Positions 29,863-39,941 of a stretch of 64,000 nucleotides of DNA are shown one piece after another (the stretch's first letter is position 1; each line of letters starts with the position of its first letter). Both the position numbers and the translations under genes were made by a program. This DNA comes from a virus: the IMG/VR virus record IMGVR_UViG_3300028569_000021, positions 29,778 to 93,777 of that record. The stretch is one strand, 5' to 3'. Under the pieces are notes generated by a model. The model saw only the letters and a list, made by a program, of their open reading frames with translations, was not told where the DNA came from and searched no databases.

Positions 29863-31059
29863 ATGGCCTTACAGACTATTGAATATTTAAAATCAAAATT
29901 CGAAACAGGAGATTTACCTGATCAAAACGATTTTCAGGATTTAATAGATAGCTGTTATAATTTAACTCAGTCGGACTTATCTCTTTTAATTATAACTATT
30001 GTTGAAAATATTACAATAAATTCAAGAAATGTTTTTTACGACAATACAGCAGGTATTGATAATATTATAGTAGGTCAGAACGTACAAGATGCAATAACTC
30101 AGTTATCCTTTATGGTTAAGGAATTAAACAACGTTGTTTTTCCTTCTCCTACGCCAACCCCTACCCCTAGTATTACACCAACTTTAACACCTTCTGTAAC
30201 CCCTTCAGAGACCCCTTCAGAGACCCCTTCTGTGACTCCTACAGTAACTCCGACACCGACACCTACAGAAACACCTAGCTTAACTCCCTCTAAAACACCA
30301 TCTGTAACTCCTTCAGAAACGCCTAGCTTAACTCCCTCTAAAACACCATCTGTAACTCCCTCCAAAACGCCATCTGTAACTCCTAGCTTAACTCCCACAA
30401 TTACACCATCAAATCCAACTCCTTTTTCTTTAGTATGGGATAATTTCTCTACACTACCTACTTTCTCTTATACTGATACCGGTAGTATTGAAGTTATTAA
30501 TAACTCTACACAAATATTGTTGAGACCTAAAAGCGCGCTATTGACATTTGAAAGTAGTTATAATACTGCAAATGGAGATGTTAACTTTTCGAGCTGCTCT
30601 AATCTAACATTTTTAAGACTTAAAGATAACGGTATTTCTAGTTTAAATGTTTACAATTGTACATCTTTAGATATCTTAGACTGTTCTACTAATAATCTCT
30701 TATCTCTTGATATTATATCATGCTCCGTTTTAACAGATCTTGATGCAAGTGGAAATCAATTAAATACAGTAACGCTTAGTGGGCTTACTCTTTTAAATAC
30801 AGTTAATTTAGAAGGAAATAACATAAGTTCTTTAAATGTTACTAATGATGTAAACCTAAGTTCAATTAATATAGGCTATTGTAACTTTAATATTTCCGAT
30901 TTAGATACTTTATTTAATAATTTACAGGATCGTACAAGCTCTACATCTGGTAATATTGATATATATTCCAATCCCGGTACTAGTGGTGCTAATTCTTTAA
31001 TAGCAGAAGGAAAAAACTGGGTAGTTAACAAGATTGGCCCATTAAATGCTCAAGTCTGA
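29863..31059 (+). CDS. late protein with Thr/Pro/Ser mucin-like linker and C-terminal leucine-rich repeats
   Basis: [23 protein letters not shown]-terminus; (TPS-x)n repeats; LxxLxLxxNxL repeats; TAAATA-N5-ATG. Confidence 0.75.
   Translation: MALQTIEYLKSKFETGDLPDQNDFQDLIDSCYNLTQSDLSLLIITIVENITINSRNVFYDNTAGIDNIIVGQNVQDAITQLSFMVKELNNVVFPSPTPTPTPSITPTLTPSVTPSETPSETPSVTPTVTPTPTPTETPSLTPSKTPSVTPSETPSLTPSKTPSVTPSKTPSVTPSLTPTITPSNPTPFSLVWDNFSTLPTFSYTDTGSIEVINNSTQILLRPKSALLTFESSYNTANGDVNFSSCSNLTFLRLKDNGISSLNVYNCTSLDILDCSTNNLLSLDIISCSVLTDLDASGNQLNTVTLSGLTLLNTVNLEGNNISSLNVTNDVNLSSINIGYCNFNISDLDTLFNNLQDRTSSTSGNIDIYSNPGTSGANSLIAEGKNWVVNKIGPLNAQV
30142..30423 (+). repeat. degenerate 12-nt coding tandem repeat (TPS[VLEK])n
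   Basis: Visible in DNA and protein; includes a repeated CCTAGCTTAACTCCCTCTAAAACACCATCTGTAACTCC block. Confidence 0.85.
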
Positions 31060-31129
31060 TAAATCCTAAGAATAGATATAGGACAAAGTACTGTACACAA
31101 TAAACTCGAACATATACATAAATAGTTAT

Positions 31130-31732
31130 ATGAAAAGAGTATTTCTGTTCTTAATATTTTTTTGCTTTTGCTTACCTTCCTGTACTATATATACAGAAAA
31201 GCAATCAGAAGCATTATCACGTTCTGTGTATGCAACAAAAGATTCTTTAGATAATGCTAGATTAGATTTAGCAGATACATATACTAGTGAGTCAGTAAGA
31301 ATAGTAAAGCCGCCAAAACAAAGAATAGATATTAAACCTGTTTACAAAAAAACTATTAATGTTATTTCAAGTCAAAGTAAAGCAAGTCCAACTTTTATAA
31401 ACAAACAAAGGGTTTTAATAATTCCAGAAAAATATAGAGGTGACACTGTTGTTGTAGTTAGCTCAGAAGAATATCAGCAGCTTTTAAAAGATAAAGAAAC
31501 ATATGATCAAATAGAGAAAGATAATAAAAATTTATTCGAGACAAAGCAATTAGTAGATCAGGAAATAATACGTCAAATGGAATATAACGATAAAATGATA
31601 AAAGATTTGAATATAATGCAGAAAAAATTGGTAGAAAAAGATTTAGCTATTTTGCAAAGAAATATTGTAATAGTACTACTTCTAGCTGCTATGGGCGGGG
31701 CAACATATCTAAGAATAAAGGGAATACTTTAA
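31130..31732 (+). CDS. lipoprotein with C-terminal TM helix, candidate unimolecular spanin
   Basis: Signal peptide and lipobox-like LPSC; coiled coil; C-terminal IVIVLLLAAMGGATYL; upstream of holin and endolysin candidates. Confidence 0.55.
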   Translation: MKRVFLFLIFFCFCLPSCTIYTEKQSEALSRSVYATKDSLDNARLDLADTYTSESVRIVKPPKQRIDIKPVYKKTINVISSQSKASPTFINKQRVLIIPEKYRGDTVVVVSSEEYQQLLKDKETYDQIEKDNKNLFETKQLVDQEIIRQMEYNDKMIKDLNIMQKKLVEKDLAILQRNIVIVLLLAAMGGATYLRIKGIL

Positions 31733-31733
31733 T

Positions 31734-32159
31734 ATGTGGGAGAAAATAGTTGATATAACAAAAACAGCGAGTGCTATGCTTACTAGTGGTAAAGTACCTC
31801 CCAATACTCCACCTGAGTATACAGAAAATTTAAGTAAAATAAACTTCCTTGCATCTAAGAAATTTTATGTTGTGTTTTGCTCAGTAATTATTCTTGCTTT
31901 GTTTTACGTTGCTAGTATTGTAGTTTTGTTTTTAACTGCTACTTCTCCTAGTTTAACTGTTCCTTTTGTAACCATATTTACAGAAACTATTAAAATCTTA
32001 GCAGTAATAATTGCAAGTTATCTGGGAGTACAAACGGTTTTAGATTATAGAATGCAATCAAACAGTAGTGTTAATTTACATGGTCAAAATACAGTAATTA
32101 AGGAAGATATAACTGTAATACAAACAAACATAAAAGATGAAGATTATGAACTCTATTAA
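31734..32159 (+). CDS. holin-like membrane protein
   Basis: SKKF followed by two TM segments; overlaps the endolysin start. Confidence 0.6.
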   Translation: MWEKIVDITKTASAMLTSGKVPPNTPPEYTENLSKINFLASKKFYVVFCSVIILALFYVASIVVLFLTATSPSLTVPFVTIFTETIKILAVIIASYLGVQTVLDYRMQSNSSVNLHGQNTVIKEDITVIQTNIKDEDYELY

Positions 32160-32763
32160 ACCATCTGAAAAAACATTAGATTTACTTCTTAAGTATGAAG
32201 TAGGGGGTGGTAAGTTTTACTATGAAAAGTATCTATCTAAATTTACTTGGCCTGGTGGAGCTTCTGGACCTACTATAGCAATAGGGGTAGATTGTGCTTA
32301 TTATACTCCTGAAGAATTAGCTAATATTTTTTCCTTTTTAAATAGCGAGCAATTAAATTTGATAAAAGAGGCATCTGGCAAAACAGGCGAGAGAGGGAGA
32401 GAGTATACCAAAAAATTGAGAGCTGCTGACATTGTTGTTACCTGGGAAAAAGCTTTAGATATTTTTAATACTTTAACCTGGCCAAAATTTACCAAGCTAG
32501 CTGAAAGAGCATTTCCTGGATTGTCAGAATTAGATCCTGATGCTTATGGGGCTATAATATCCTTAGTCTTTAATAGAGGAACTAGTCTTAAAGGTGAGTC
32601 AAGAAAAGAAATGGTAAATATAAAAGAAATAATACCAAGTAAAAATTACAAACAAATAGCTAAAGAGTTGCGTAACATGAAAAGAATATGGATAGGTAAA
32701 GGTTTAGATGGTCTATTAGAGAGGAGAGAAGCGGAAGCAAATTTAGTAGAAAGCTGCGTCTAA
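32137..32763 (+). CDS. endolysin, lysozyme/pesticin-like muramidase
   Basis: KYEVGG...WPGGASGPTIAIGVD, SLVFNRG, GLLERREAEA; true start may be ATG 32146. Confidence 0.82.
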   Translation: MKIMNSIKPSEKTLDLLLKYEVGGGKFYYEKYLSKFTWPGGASGPTIAIGVDCAYYTPEELANIFSFLNSEQLNLIKEASGKTGERGREYTKKLRAADIVVTWEKALDIFNTLTWPKFTKLAERAFPGLSELDPDAYGAIISLVFNRGTSLKGESRKEMVNIKEIIPSKNYKQIAKELRNMKRIWIGKGLDGLLERREAEANLVESCV

Positions 32764-32777
32764 TAACCTTACTCATA

Positions 32778-33323
32778 TTAATTTTTTACAATTAACCAGG
32801 ACGTATTTTCAAACTGTTTATAATTACCAAAAATTTCTACTACTGCTTGTTTAACCCCTCCTATAATAACATCATGACCAGCAATTATACCACCTTGTTT
32901 TACTTTTGGTAACCAAACTAAAATATCTTTTTTGACATTCTCGTAGTCATGTGCAGCATCAATATAAACCATGTCTAAGCTTTTATCGTTAAATAATTTT
33001 GATACATCTTCACTGCTAGATTTAATTTTATTAATATTAGAGTATTTTTCTTTAAGTAAGTCGAATCTCTTCTCACCTTCAACTATTTCCGGTGTATTAA
33101 TTTCCTTATACGATTACCATCTATCAACACAATTAAGCTCTTTACAATGCATAGCAAAGAGTTCTGAAGAGATTCCAGAAAAGGAACCAATCTCAACCAT
33201 AACAGTTTTGTCAGTTACATTTCCTTTTATAAGATCATAAAGACCTTTAAGGTAATTTTGAGGTACTAATGTACTGTAGTACATTCTCGGAGTTGTGAGC
33301 AATTCTTGTATTCTGTTATTCAT
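32778..33323 (-). pseudogene. class I SAM methyltransferase (Methyltransf_24-like) interrupted by an in-frame TAA
   Basis: VEIGSFSG...CVDRW*SYKE...MVYIDAAHDYENV...GGIIAGHD all in one frame; stop at 33114-33116. Confidence 0.8.
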
Positions 33324-33993
33324 TTTTAATTATAATTGAGGTAATGCTTTTAAATTTATAATCTAACTGCACATTTTTATTTTCTGATTCATATATATTA
33401 ATATCTTTTATATTATTTTCAATATATAAACTCTGTTCTTTATCTAAGAAAATACTTTTAAATGGCTTAGTTTTTAAAAGGTTTAAAGTAGTATTGCTGC
33501 CATCAGTATTATTCTCCATAGGTCTACCGTATACATCTGTACCCGGATTGCATAAAGAAGTGTGTAGATCTTCTACTATATAAATGCCACCGGGTTTAAG
33601 CATGGGAAATAAAAAGCCTAAAGTTAATTGTTGATCAGAAATGTGATGGCTACCATCATCAATAATAATATCAAACAAAATTTTATTTTTATTTGCAAAT
33701 TGATATAATTGTTCTTTTTTGGATTGATCCAATACATTACATTTAATTCTTTCGTTGTTAAAACTACTTTTATTATTGATATCTAGCCCTAAAATTTTTG
33801 CATTTATAAAATACTCATACCACATTTTAAGAGAAGAACCATCATTTATCCCTATTTCTAGAATATTAATATAATCGTTTTTTAATTTATTAAAGTATTT
33901 TTCATAAATTAATGTAAAGCCGTGCTTTGATCCATACTCTGTTCCCTTATCTGATTTATACTTATTAGCTAGTTCTGTTAAATTATTACTCAT
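33316..33993 (-). CDS. class I SAM-dependent O-methyltransferase
   Basis: SDKG..H, ILEIGI, DIIIDDGSH, LKPGGIYIVEDL. Confidence 0.85.
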   Translation of the reverse strand: MSNNLTELANKYKSDKGTEYGSKHGFTLIYEKYFNKLKNDYINILEIGINDGSSLKMWYEYFINAKILGLDINNKSSFNNERIKCNVLDQSKKEQLYQFANKNKILFDIIIDDGSHHISDQQLTLGFLFPMLKPGGIYIVEDLHTSLCNPGTDVYGRPMENNTDGSNTTLNLLKTKPFKSIFLDKEQSLYIENNIKDINIYESENKNVQLDYKFKSITSIIIKNE

Positions 33994-34684
33994 ATTTTTC
34001 TTTTATATATTTAAACTCTTTATCTCTTAATTCCTGATTAGCAATAAGACGAGTTATTTGTTTAGGGTGATTTCTATTTACTACAGTAGGGGTATTACCC
34101 AAGGCAGGTACACCGTAATTATCATACATTCTTCTATAAAAATCACAATCCATTAACCATATTAAGTTTTCATCAAACTGTAAAAAACTATCTTTAAATA
34201 GCATTATTACACTTGGTGAACTAATAGTATTGTCTCCATATACTACATTATCATTATAAGTAGGGTGATATAGTCTATAAAATTTAACCCCGTCATCGGT
34301 ATGATAGCATGAAGTCGCAGCCCATTTACTATTGCTATTTAATAGTACATTTAATTCGTTTTTAAGACTATTAGGATCATAAAAAAAATCGTCTTGAAAC
34401 AATATTTTAATAATATCACCTTCTGCTAGTTTTATACTGTTGTTTAAATTAGCGGAAGAATTACCTCTATTTTCTTTAAAATTATAATATCTTATGTTTA
34501 ATTGATCTACCCAACTATTACATAGTTTTTTTATAGAATCATCTAGACTGTGATCAGATATTACAACTTCAAAATTATTAATCGTTTGTTCTTTTAGTTT
34601 AGAAAAAGAATGATCTAGATACTTTAAACCTGTTCCACCCATCTCATAAGTTGGTATACAAATTGATACAGAATGCACACTCAT
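33986..34684 (-). CDS. GT2 glycosyltransferase
   Basis: VSICIPTY, VVISDHS, LFQDD, ISSPS. Confidence 0.85.
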   Translation of the reverse strand: MSVHSVSICIPTYEMGGTGLKYLDHSFSKLKEQTINNFEVVISDHSLDDSIKKLCNSWVDQLNIRYYNFKENRGNSSANLNNSIKLAEGDIIKILFQDDFFYDPNSLKNELNVLLNSNSKWAATSCYHTDDGVKFYRLYHPTYNDNVVYGDNTISSPSVIMLFKDSFLQFDENLIWLMDCDFYRRMYDNYGVPALGNTPTVVNRNHPKQITRLIANQELRDKEFKYIKEKYE

Positions 34685-35472
34685 TTTTGTTTATAATAAT
34701 TTAAGAATTCACTATCGGAAAAACTCTGTATTTTACTCCATATTTTTTCATTATTTTCATAGTTATCGTGATGGCCAGAATCTAGTCCTCTATAATGCTC
34801 TAAATGAAAAACGTATTCTCCGTCTTTTAAATCAGTTATTTTAAACCCTAACTTATTAAATCTAAAATATCTTTCCTTGTCTTCAGGTCCATAAGAAATA
34901 AAATCTTCATTTTCTCCATAACCTTGCTTATAAGATGCGGTGTTAAAGAATTGCAAGTGACCATGCTCAGTTGTATGTTTTATTAATTTATTAAAATTAA
35001 TATCTTGTAAATTATCTTTTAATATTATGTCTCTGTAAGCTTGAGGTACTTTATATTGGTACCAACTTTTAGTAGTATAGGGGTAAACTAAATCAAAATT
35101 ATCTATTAAAATTAAATCCCTTGCTTTAGAGTAATTTTTTTTAGGTAAGAAAACATCAATATCATAATTAATAGTTACTGAGGTCTTAACCATATTAAGC
35201 ATTTCATTTAAGTATTTTGTTCTGTGAAATACTTTCTCACTATCTTTTTCTATTAATAAAATATTATTTTTGTTAATTAGCTCTCTATATTTTTTGTTTA
35301 AAATTAAACTATTATTATCACTCGTTTCAGTAATTATAATATTGGTATCAAAATTTTTAGTTAGATAATTAATACAAAATAAAAAATTTTGTTCTCTATC
35401 ATAGCTGTCAACCTTTAAAGGAATAATAAAAGTACAGTCTGTTAAATTAATTTTGTTCATAAAATATTCCAA
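34681..35472 (-). CDS. glycosyltransferase, GT7/GT2-like
   Basis: TFIIP, NYDIDV, ENEDFISYGPED, HLEH. Confidence 0.8.
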   Translation of the reverse strand: MEYFMNKINLTDCTFIIPLKVDSYDREQNFLFCINYLTKNFDTNIIITETSDNNSLILNKKYRELINKNNILLIEKDSEKVFHRTKYLNEMLNMVKTSVTINYDIDVFLPKKNYSKARDLILIDNFDLVYPYTTKSWYQYKVPQAYRDIILKDNLQDINFNKLIKHTTEHGHLQFFNTASYKQGYGENEDFISYGPEDKERYFRFNKLGFKITDLKDGEYVFHLEHYRGLDSGHHDNYENNEKIWSKIQSFSDSEFLNYYKQK

Positions 35473-36269
35473 GATTCAACAAAAATATCTCTAGAGTCAT
35501 GAAAGCTATCTTTGACTTTAAACCATTTTTCAGGGGCATAAACTTTTTTTTGATCATTCTTATTTAAATAAGCTCCCCACCATCCAAAAGAAGAGTTAGT
35601 TATAATATTATGCTCGCATAATGTTTGAATAAAAAATTGTTCAATATAATTATAATTTTCTAGAAAGAAAAAATTATCATACTTACCAAACATTTTTTTA
35701 GCTTTATCTATGTTATTTGAAGTAACATAATAGGTCTTATCTTTACCAAAATACTTAATCGACTTTACTAGGTAGTCTATATTTTCTCCAGGTGAATAAT
35801 ATAGACTATAACCTGCATCAGTATTAATACCGTTAGTATTGTAAGATGTCCTACTTCCATCATAAAACCTTAACTGCAAACACACGGAGTTATTAAAATT
35901 TAACTTTGTTATTTTATTAAAAATTTCTTGATTAGGTTCTAGCAAATTACAAATTATTTTACTTACATTCTTGAAATACTTTTCACTCTGAAAATAACCT
36001 AACAAATTTACGTTATTACCAATGTTGGTTGGTATTTCTTCATATTTTAAAGTACTCTCTGTATAATTTGTAAAATTATTATCTATTGAATTAGATTGAA
36101 GTATACTGTTTTTAAAATATTTTGAATATTCGTCATTATTAAACATGTTCTTCCATATAGGAAAAACATAATCTTGATTTATTTTATCAGCGTACCCTAT
36201 AGTTGCAGCTATTTGAAATAACTGATTACCGAATTCACCGTTAGTACCTAATCTTTTGTAAGTGATCAT
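35457..36269 (-). CDS. GT11 alpha-1,2-fucosyltransferase-like protein
   Basis: GNQLFQ, GYFQSEKYF, NSSFGWWGAYL. Confidence 0.88.
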   Translation of the reverse strand: MITYKRLGTNGEFGNQLFQIAATIGYADKINQDYVFPIWKNMFNNDEYSKYFKNSILQSNSIDNNFTNYTESTLKYEEIPTNIGNNVNLLGYFQSEKYFKNVSKIICNLLEPNQEIFNKITKLNFNNSVCLQLRFYDGSRTSYNTNGINTDAGYSLYYSPGENIDYLVKSIKYFGKDKTYYVTSNNIDKAKKMFGKYDNFFFLENYNYIEQFFIQTLCEHNIITNSSFGWWGAYLNKNDQKKVYAPEKWFKVKDSFHDSRDIFVESWNIL

Positions 36270-36272
36270 ACA

Positions 36273-37661
36273 TTAAGAGTTAATATAATCCTCATGTTCA
36301 TGCTCATTAAAAGGTTTATTCATCTTATTAATTACAGGGTGCCATAAATGTATATTTTTTGTATTCACATTAGATTTTATAACTAAACCTTTCCTAGTTG
36401 CCAGTTTTTTAGATAGTAAAATTTCTTCCCCACCATACTCTTTTAGCTTAGGAAACCCACCTACTTCATAAAACTTATCAGCAGGTACCGACATATTATT
36501 ACCCCAGGGGTAGTAATAACTATAAACTTTGTTATATGTGTAAGCAGAATTATCATGTCTAAGATCTTTCGTTATACCTGATATACTTACTTTGTTGTAA
36601 TTTTCTAATAGTTGTCCCGGTTTTAAATCTTGTTTAAGTAAACTATCTATACTTTCATCTGTACGCTCGTTAGGTCCAAATATTATATCATTCTGCATTA
36701 CTGGATCAGCATGACTATTAACATAATTACTTGGTAAAATACAGTCAGCGTTAGTAAAGATAAGTCTACTACCTGTAGCACAAAAGTTAGCTGCAGTGTT
36801 CCAATTTTGAGCTAATGTATATGTACCTGCTTTACTGTGAGGATTTATGGATAATAATACCCCAGGGAACTCATCCCTGATCATTTCTATAGAACCATCA
36901 GTACTGTTGTCATCAGCAACAATAACCTCATAATTATAATAATTTTGTAAGCATGCTGATTTAAGACTATATCTTAATCTTTCTTTTTGGTTACAAGAAG
37001 AAATAATTAAAGACATTTTTGCAAAATTTGGTCTGAGATGTAGAAGATCTTGTGATTTTTTTTCAATATCTGAAAAGATACTATCTTGCCAAACTAAATG
37101 TGGTTTAAAAACATAGCAGTTGAATTGTTTAACTCGCTCTTGAATAACAGAAAAATAAACATCTATAGGCATCTCTAGGTCCTTATCGTTATCAGGTATT
37201 AAACTTAAAACTGTATCAAACAATGTATTCTTCATTGCGTACATGTTTGTGGTAAGAGACTTAGTACACCTGCCTATATTTACGTTGACCGGTTTAAGAG
37301 CTCCTAAATGACTTCCTCCAAAGTATAAAAGATCCCAATTATTAGGTACTTGCTTCCAATAACCTTTAAATAAATTATTAAAATTTTCTATAAAAATATT
37401 ATCATCTTCAATTACTAAAATATTTTGGTACCCTCTATCTTTGGCCATACTAATTACTTTTCTATGTGAAAGAACACAACCTGCTTGACCCTTATGGTTC
37501 CAATCATTACCGATCTTAGGATCTGGATCGAGTAAATCTCCATCAACCCCGCTAACACGCTCAGCTATAATACCTACTTTAGATAATTGATTTGTTATAA
37601 GTTCCCAGCGATCTTTTCGCCTATCTAGATTTATAACAAAAACGTAATCAAATGTATTCAT
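36273..37661 (-). CDS. GT25-GT2 fusion glycosyltransferase
   Basis: INLDRRKDRW, GCVLSH, IEDD (GT25); VADDNSTDGS, NADC, WGNNMS (GT2). Confidence 0.85.
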   Translation of the reverse strand: MNTFDYVFVINLDRRKDRWELITNQLSKVGIIAERVSGVDGDLLDPDPKIGNDWNHKGQAGCVLSHRKVISMAKDRGYQNILVIEDDNIFIENFNNLFKGYWKQVPNNWDLLYFGGSHLGALKPVNVNIGRCTKSLTTNMYAMKNTLFDTVLSLIPDNDKDLEMPIDVYFSVIQERVKQFNCYVFKPHLVWQDSIFSDIEKKSQDLLHLRPNFAKMSLIISSCNQKERLRYSLKSACLQNYYNYEVIVADDNSTDGSIEMIRDEFPGVLLSINPHSKAGTYTLAQNWNTAANFCATGSRLIFTNADCILPSNYVNSHADPVMQNDIIFGPNERTDESIDSLLKQDLKPGQLLENYNKVSISGITKDLRHDNSAYTYNKVYSYYYPWGNNMSVPADKFYEVGGFPKLKEYGGEEILLSKKLATRKGLVIKSNVNTKNIHLWHPVINKMNKPFNEHEHEDYINS

Positions 37662-39103
37662 TTCATTAATACACCTATACCCATTTTACCTGTAGGAGAT
37701 TTTAGTATCTCTTTATGTTTATAATTATGTTTTATTTCATTCCAGAATTTACTACCACCACCCTCTTCATTTACTGCAATATCGTGAAAAGCTATTATAC
37801 CACCTGGTCTAACTAATGTCGAATAGGTTTCAAAATCATATTTTATAGCCTCATACATATGGTTACCATCTATAAAAAGAAAATCTAATTCCGGTGTAAT
37901 ACTTTTAACTTTTTCAAGAGTATTTTTTTCTAGCGAAAGCTCTGGTAGTACAAATAAATTTACCTTATTTTGTTTAGCCCATTTCTTCCACAATATCATT
38001 TGACCATACTCTTGTTGATCAACTCTATGATCCATAGGACCTACAAACTCTCTCACAGGCAAATCAATTGAGATAATATTGGTGCTCTCCGGGGAGTTAA
38101 AAATAAAGTTTCTTAAAGACCATCCTAGTAAAGATCCTATCTCTAAAACATTCTTTGGTTTTAATGCTTTATAAAAGTTAATTAACTCATCAAACTCTTC
38201 TTGAATTTGAGATATATTAGGTAAATTATCCCCCACTTTATTTTGCTTCTCTAATTCCAAAAGCTTTGAGCGTCTTTTAAGTCTCTTGATGTGCTTTAGA
38301 GTATTTTCCTTATCTGAAACAGGTGGCATATTTGGATAATGACCGTGTTTATTCTTATAAATCTCACGACCTTCGTAAACGTTTTTTTTCCATTGCTCTG
38401 TATCTTTTGCAATACTACTGTTCTCAATAGCAGTCGGTGCTTCACTAATAAGTCTATCACTATCTGCAACATCAGCAAACCACCAGAAAGGTGGATGATA
38501 ACCAGCTTTGATAATTCTATAAGTTAAATCAACATGCTCCCACGCATTAAAAAACTTTTCATCATGTAATCCTACCTCTTCTAGGACCGATCTATGAAAG
38601 TAAGATAACATGGCCACTGAATGTTCATAAAAAACAACTTTAACACCATCACCATAATCTACAGTTAACTTTGGATTTAAAGATGTATCTTGCTTACATT
38701 CATGTCTGTTATGCAAATCAAACTCAAAATCTTGCTTTCTATTAAATGGGCTACCCGGTCCATAGTTGAGATGATATATACCAGATTTTTTTGCTGCTTT
38801 AATATATGTATCAAATACACTAGAGTCTTTTACAATCATATCATCTTCCAGAATAAAGATATGCTCTACTTCGGGTATACTCAAAGCTTTTTTAAGTAAA
38901 TCATTTTTACTAATACCAACGCCTTTATTCTCTTCATGTTGTATTAAAATTGTATCCTTATTGATAATATCTAACAACTCTTGACTTTGATTATCATCGT
39001 TGCAAACAGCCAAGACATCAACATTATTGGCTTCTAGAACAGAATTATAGCAATTTTTAAAAAAATCTAAACGATTACAAGTTACAATGCCTACAAAAAT
39101 CAT
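37658..39103 (-). CDS. GT2 glycosyltransferase fused to a class I SAM methyltransferase
   Basis: GIVTCNR, ILEDD, WEHVD; then LEIGS, FIDGNH, GGIIAFHD. Confidence 0.85.
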   Translation of the reverse strand: MIFVGIVTCNRLDFFKNCYNSVLEANNVDVLAVCNDDNQSQELLDIINKDTILIQHEENKGVGISKNDLLKKALSIPEVEHIFILEDDMIVKDSSVFDTYIKAAKKSGIYHLNYGPGSPFNRKQDFEFDLHNRHECKQDTSLNPKLTVDYGDGVKVVFYEHSVAMLSYFHRSVLEEVGLHDEKFFNAWEHVDLTYRIIKAGYHPPFWWFADVADSDRLISEAPTAIENSSIAKDTEQWKKNVYEGREIYKNKHGHYPNMPPVSDKENTLKHIKRLKRRSKLLELEKQNKVGDNLPNISQIQEEFDELINFYKALKPKNVLEIGSLLGWSLRNFIFNSPESTNIISIDLPVREFVGPMDHRVDQQEYGQMILWKKWAKQNKVNLFVLPELSLEKNTLEKVKSITPELDFLFIDGNHMYEAIKYDFETYSTLVRPGGIIAFHDIAVNEEGGGSKFWNEIKHNYKHKEILKSPTGKMGIGVLMK

Positions 39104-39157
39104 AATAGTATTTTAATGTAAATAACTGTAAAATCTACATAAATAATTTTTAATTAT

Positions 39158-39718
39158 ATGAATCTTTATAATACAACTAATATTAAAGCGTTACCGCCTG
39201 TTGAACAAATTTTACCAGGTAATTTTTTAGTTGTAGAAGATACAGTAGGTACTAAAAAATTAAACTTTAATGATTTTGTAATAGGTCCTAATAATACTAG
39301 TTTTTATACACCTTTAGATACAAGAATTAAAACACTTTCTACTTCTGTTTTTTCTTTAAGCTCTGAAACAATTTCATTAAGTTCTAGCTTAAATTCTTTA
39401 GCTACATACGTTTTAGAACTTTCTGCTACGTTAGAAACTGCTGTAGCGGAATTGAGCACGATGCTTACAACCCCTAATGTAGGCTCTTTTACTCTTTCTT
39501 CTCCTTTTACTGCTACAGAAATTACTATAACTTCTATTTCTCCCACCCTATCTACCTTTAATGTAATAGTAACTTGTGATACATATTATAAAGGATTTGG
39601 CTGGAGGTTGATATATAAGGAACGAAACAATAACTTATTTACCTATACTTTAGGTGTATCTACTGCTCAAGTTGCAGAAAGTACAGATATTTTTCAATAC
39701 AAAGTATCTTTAATTTAA
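39158..39718 (+). CDS. hypothetical Ser/Thr-rich protein, possibly structural
   Basis: ORF track; LS-x heptad-like repeats; TAAATA upstream. Confidence 0.6.
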   Translation: MNLYNTTNIKALPPVEQILPGNFLVVEDTVGTKKLNFNDFVIGPNNTSFYTPLDTRIKTLSTSVFSLSSETISLSSSLNSLATYVLELSATLETAVAELSTMLTTPNVGSFTLSSPFTATEITITSISPTLSTFNVIVTCDTYYKGFGWRLIYKERNNNLFTYTLGVSTAQVAESTDIFQYKVSLI

Positions 39719-39933
39719 TTTTCTTTAACTAGAAAGTGAAGACACTTGGATAGCTTATCTACAATTTGATTATTCTTTAAATTCTCTGTCTTAAGTCTTT
39801 TAATTTCTTTTTTTAATGCGCTTGTAAATTCAGGAGATAAACTAAAGTTTCTAGGGTAAAACATTCTTTTCTTATAAAGAATGCTACCAAAATTTTCCAT
39901 TAAATTGTAGAAACTCTTATCGTACATTTTCAC
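39715..39933 (-). CDS. small hypothetical late protein
   Basis: TAAATA-N5-GTG; leader KSFYNLME. Confidence 0.6.
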   Translation of the reverse strand: MKMYDKSFYNLMENFGSILYKKRMFYPRNFSLSPEFTSALKKEIKRLKTENLKNNQIVDKLSKCLHFLVKEN

Positions 39934-39941
39934 ATAGTTAT

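Noticed and set aside
30099-30398. GV-repeat ORF on the minus strand
   Set aside because: Antisense shadow of the TPS repeat.
33114-33116. Stop-codon reassignment in this phage
   Set aside because: Single case; TAA, TAG and TGA all end intact genes and coding density is high under the standard code.
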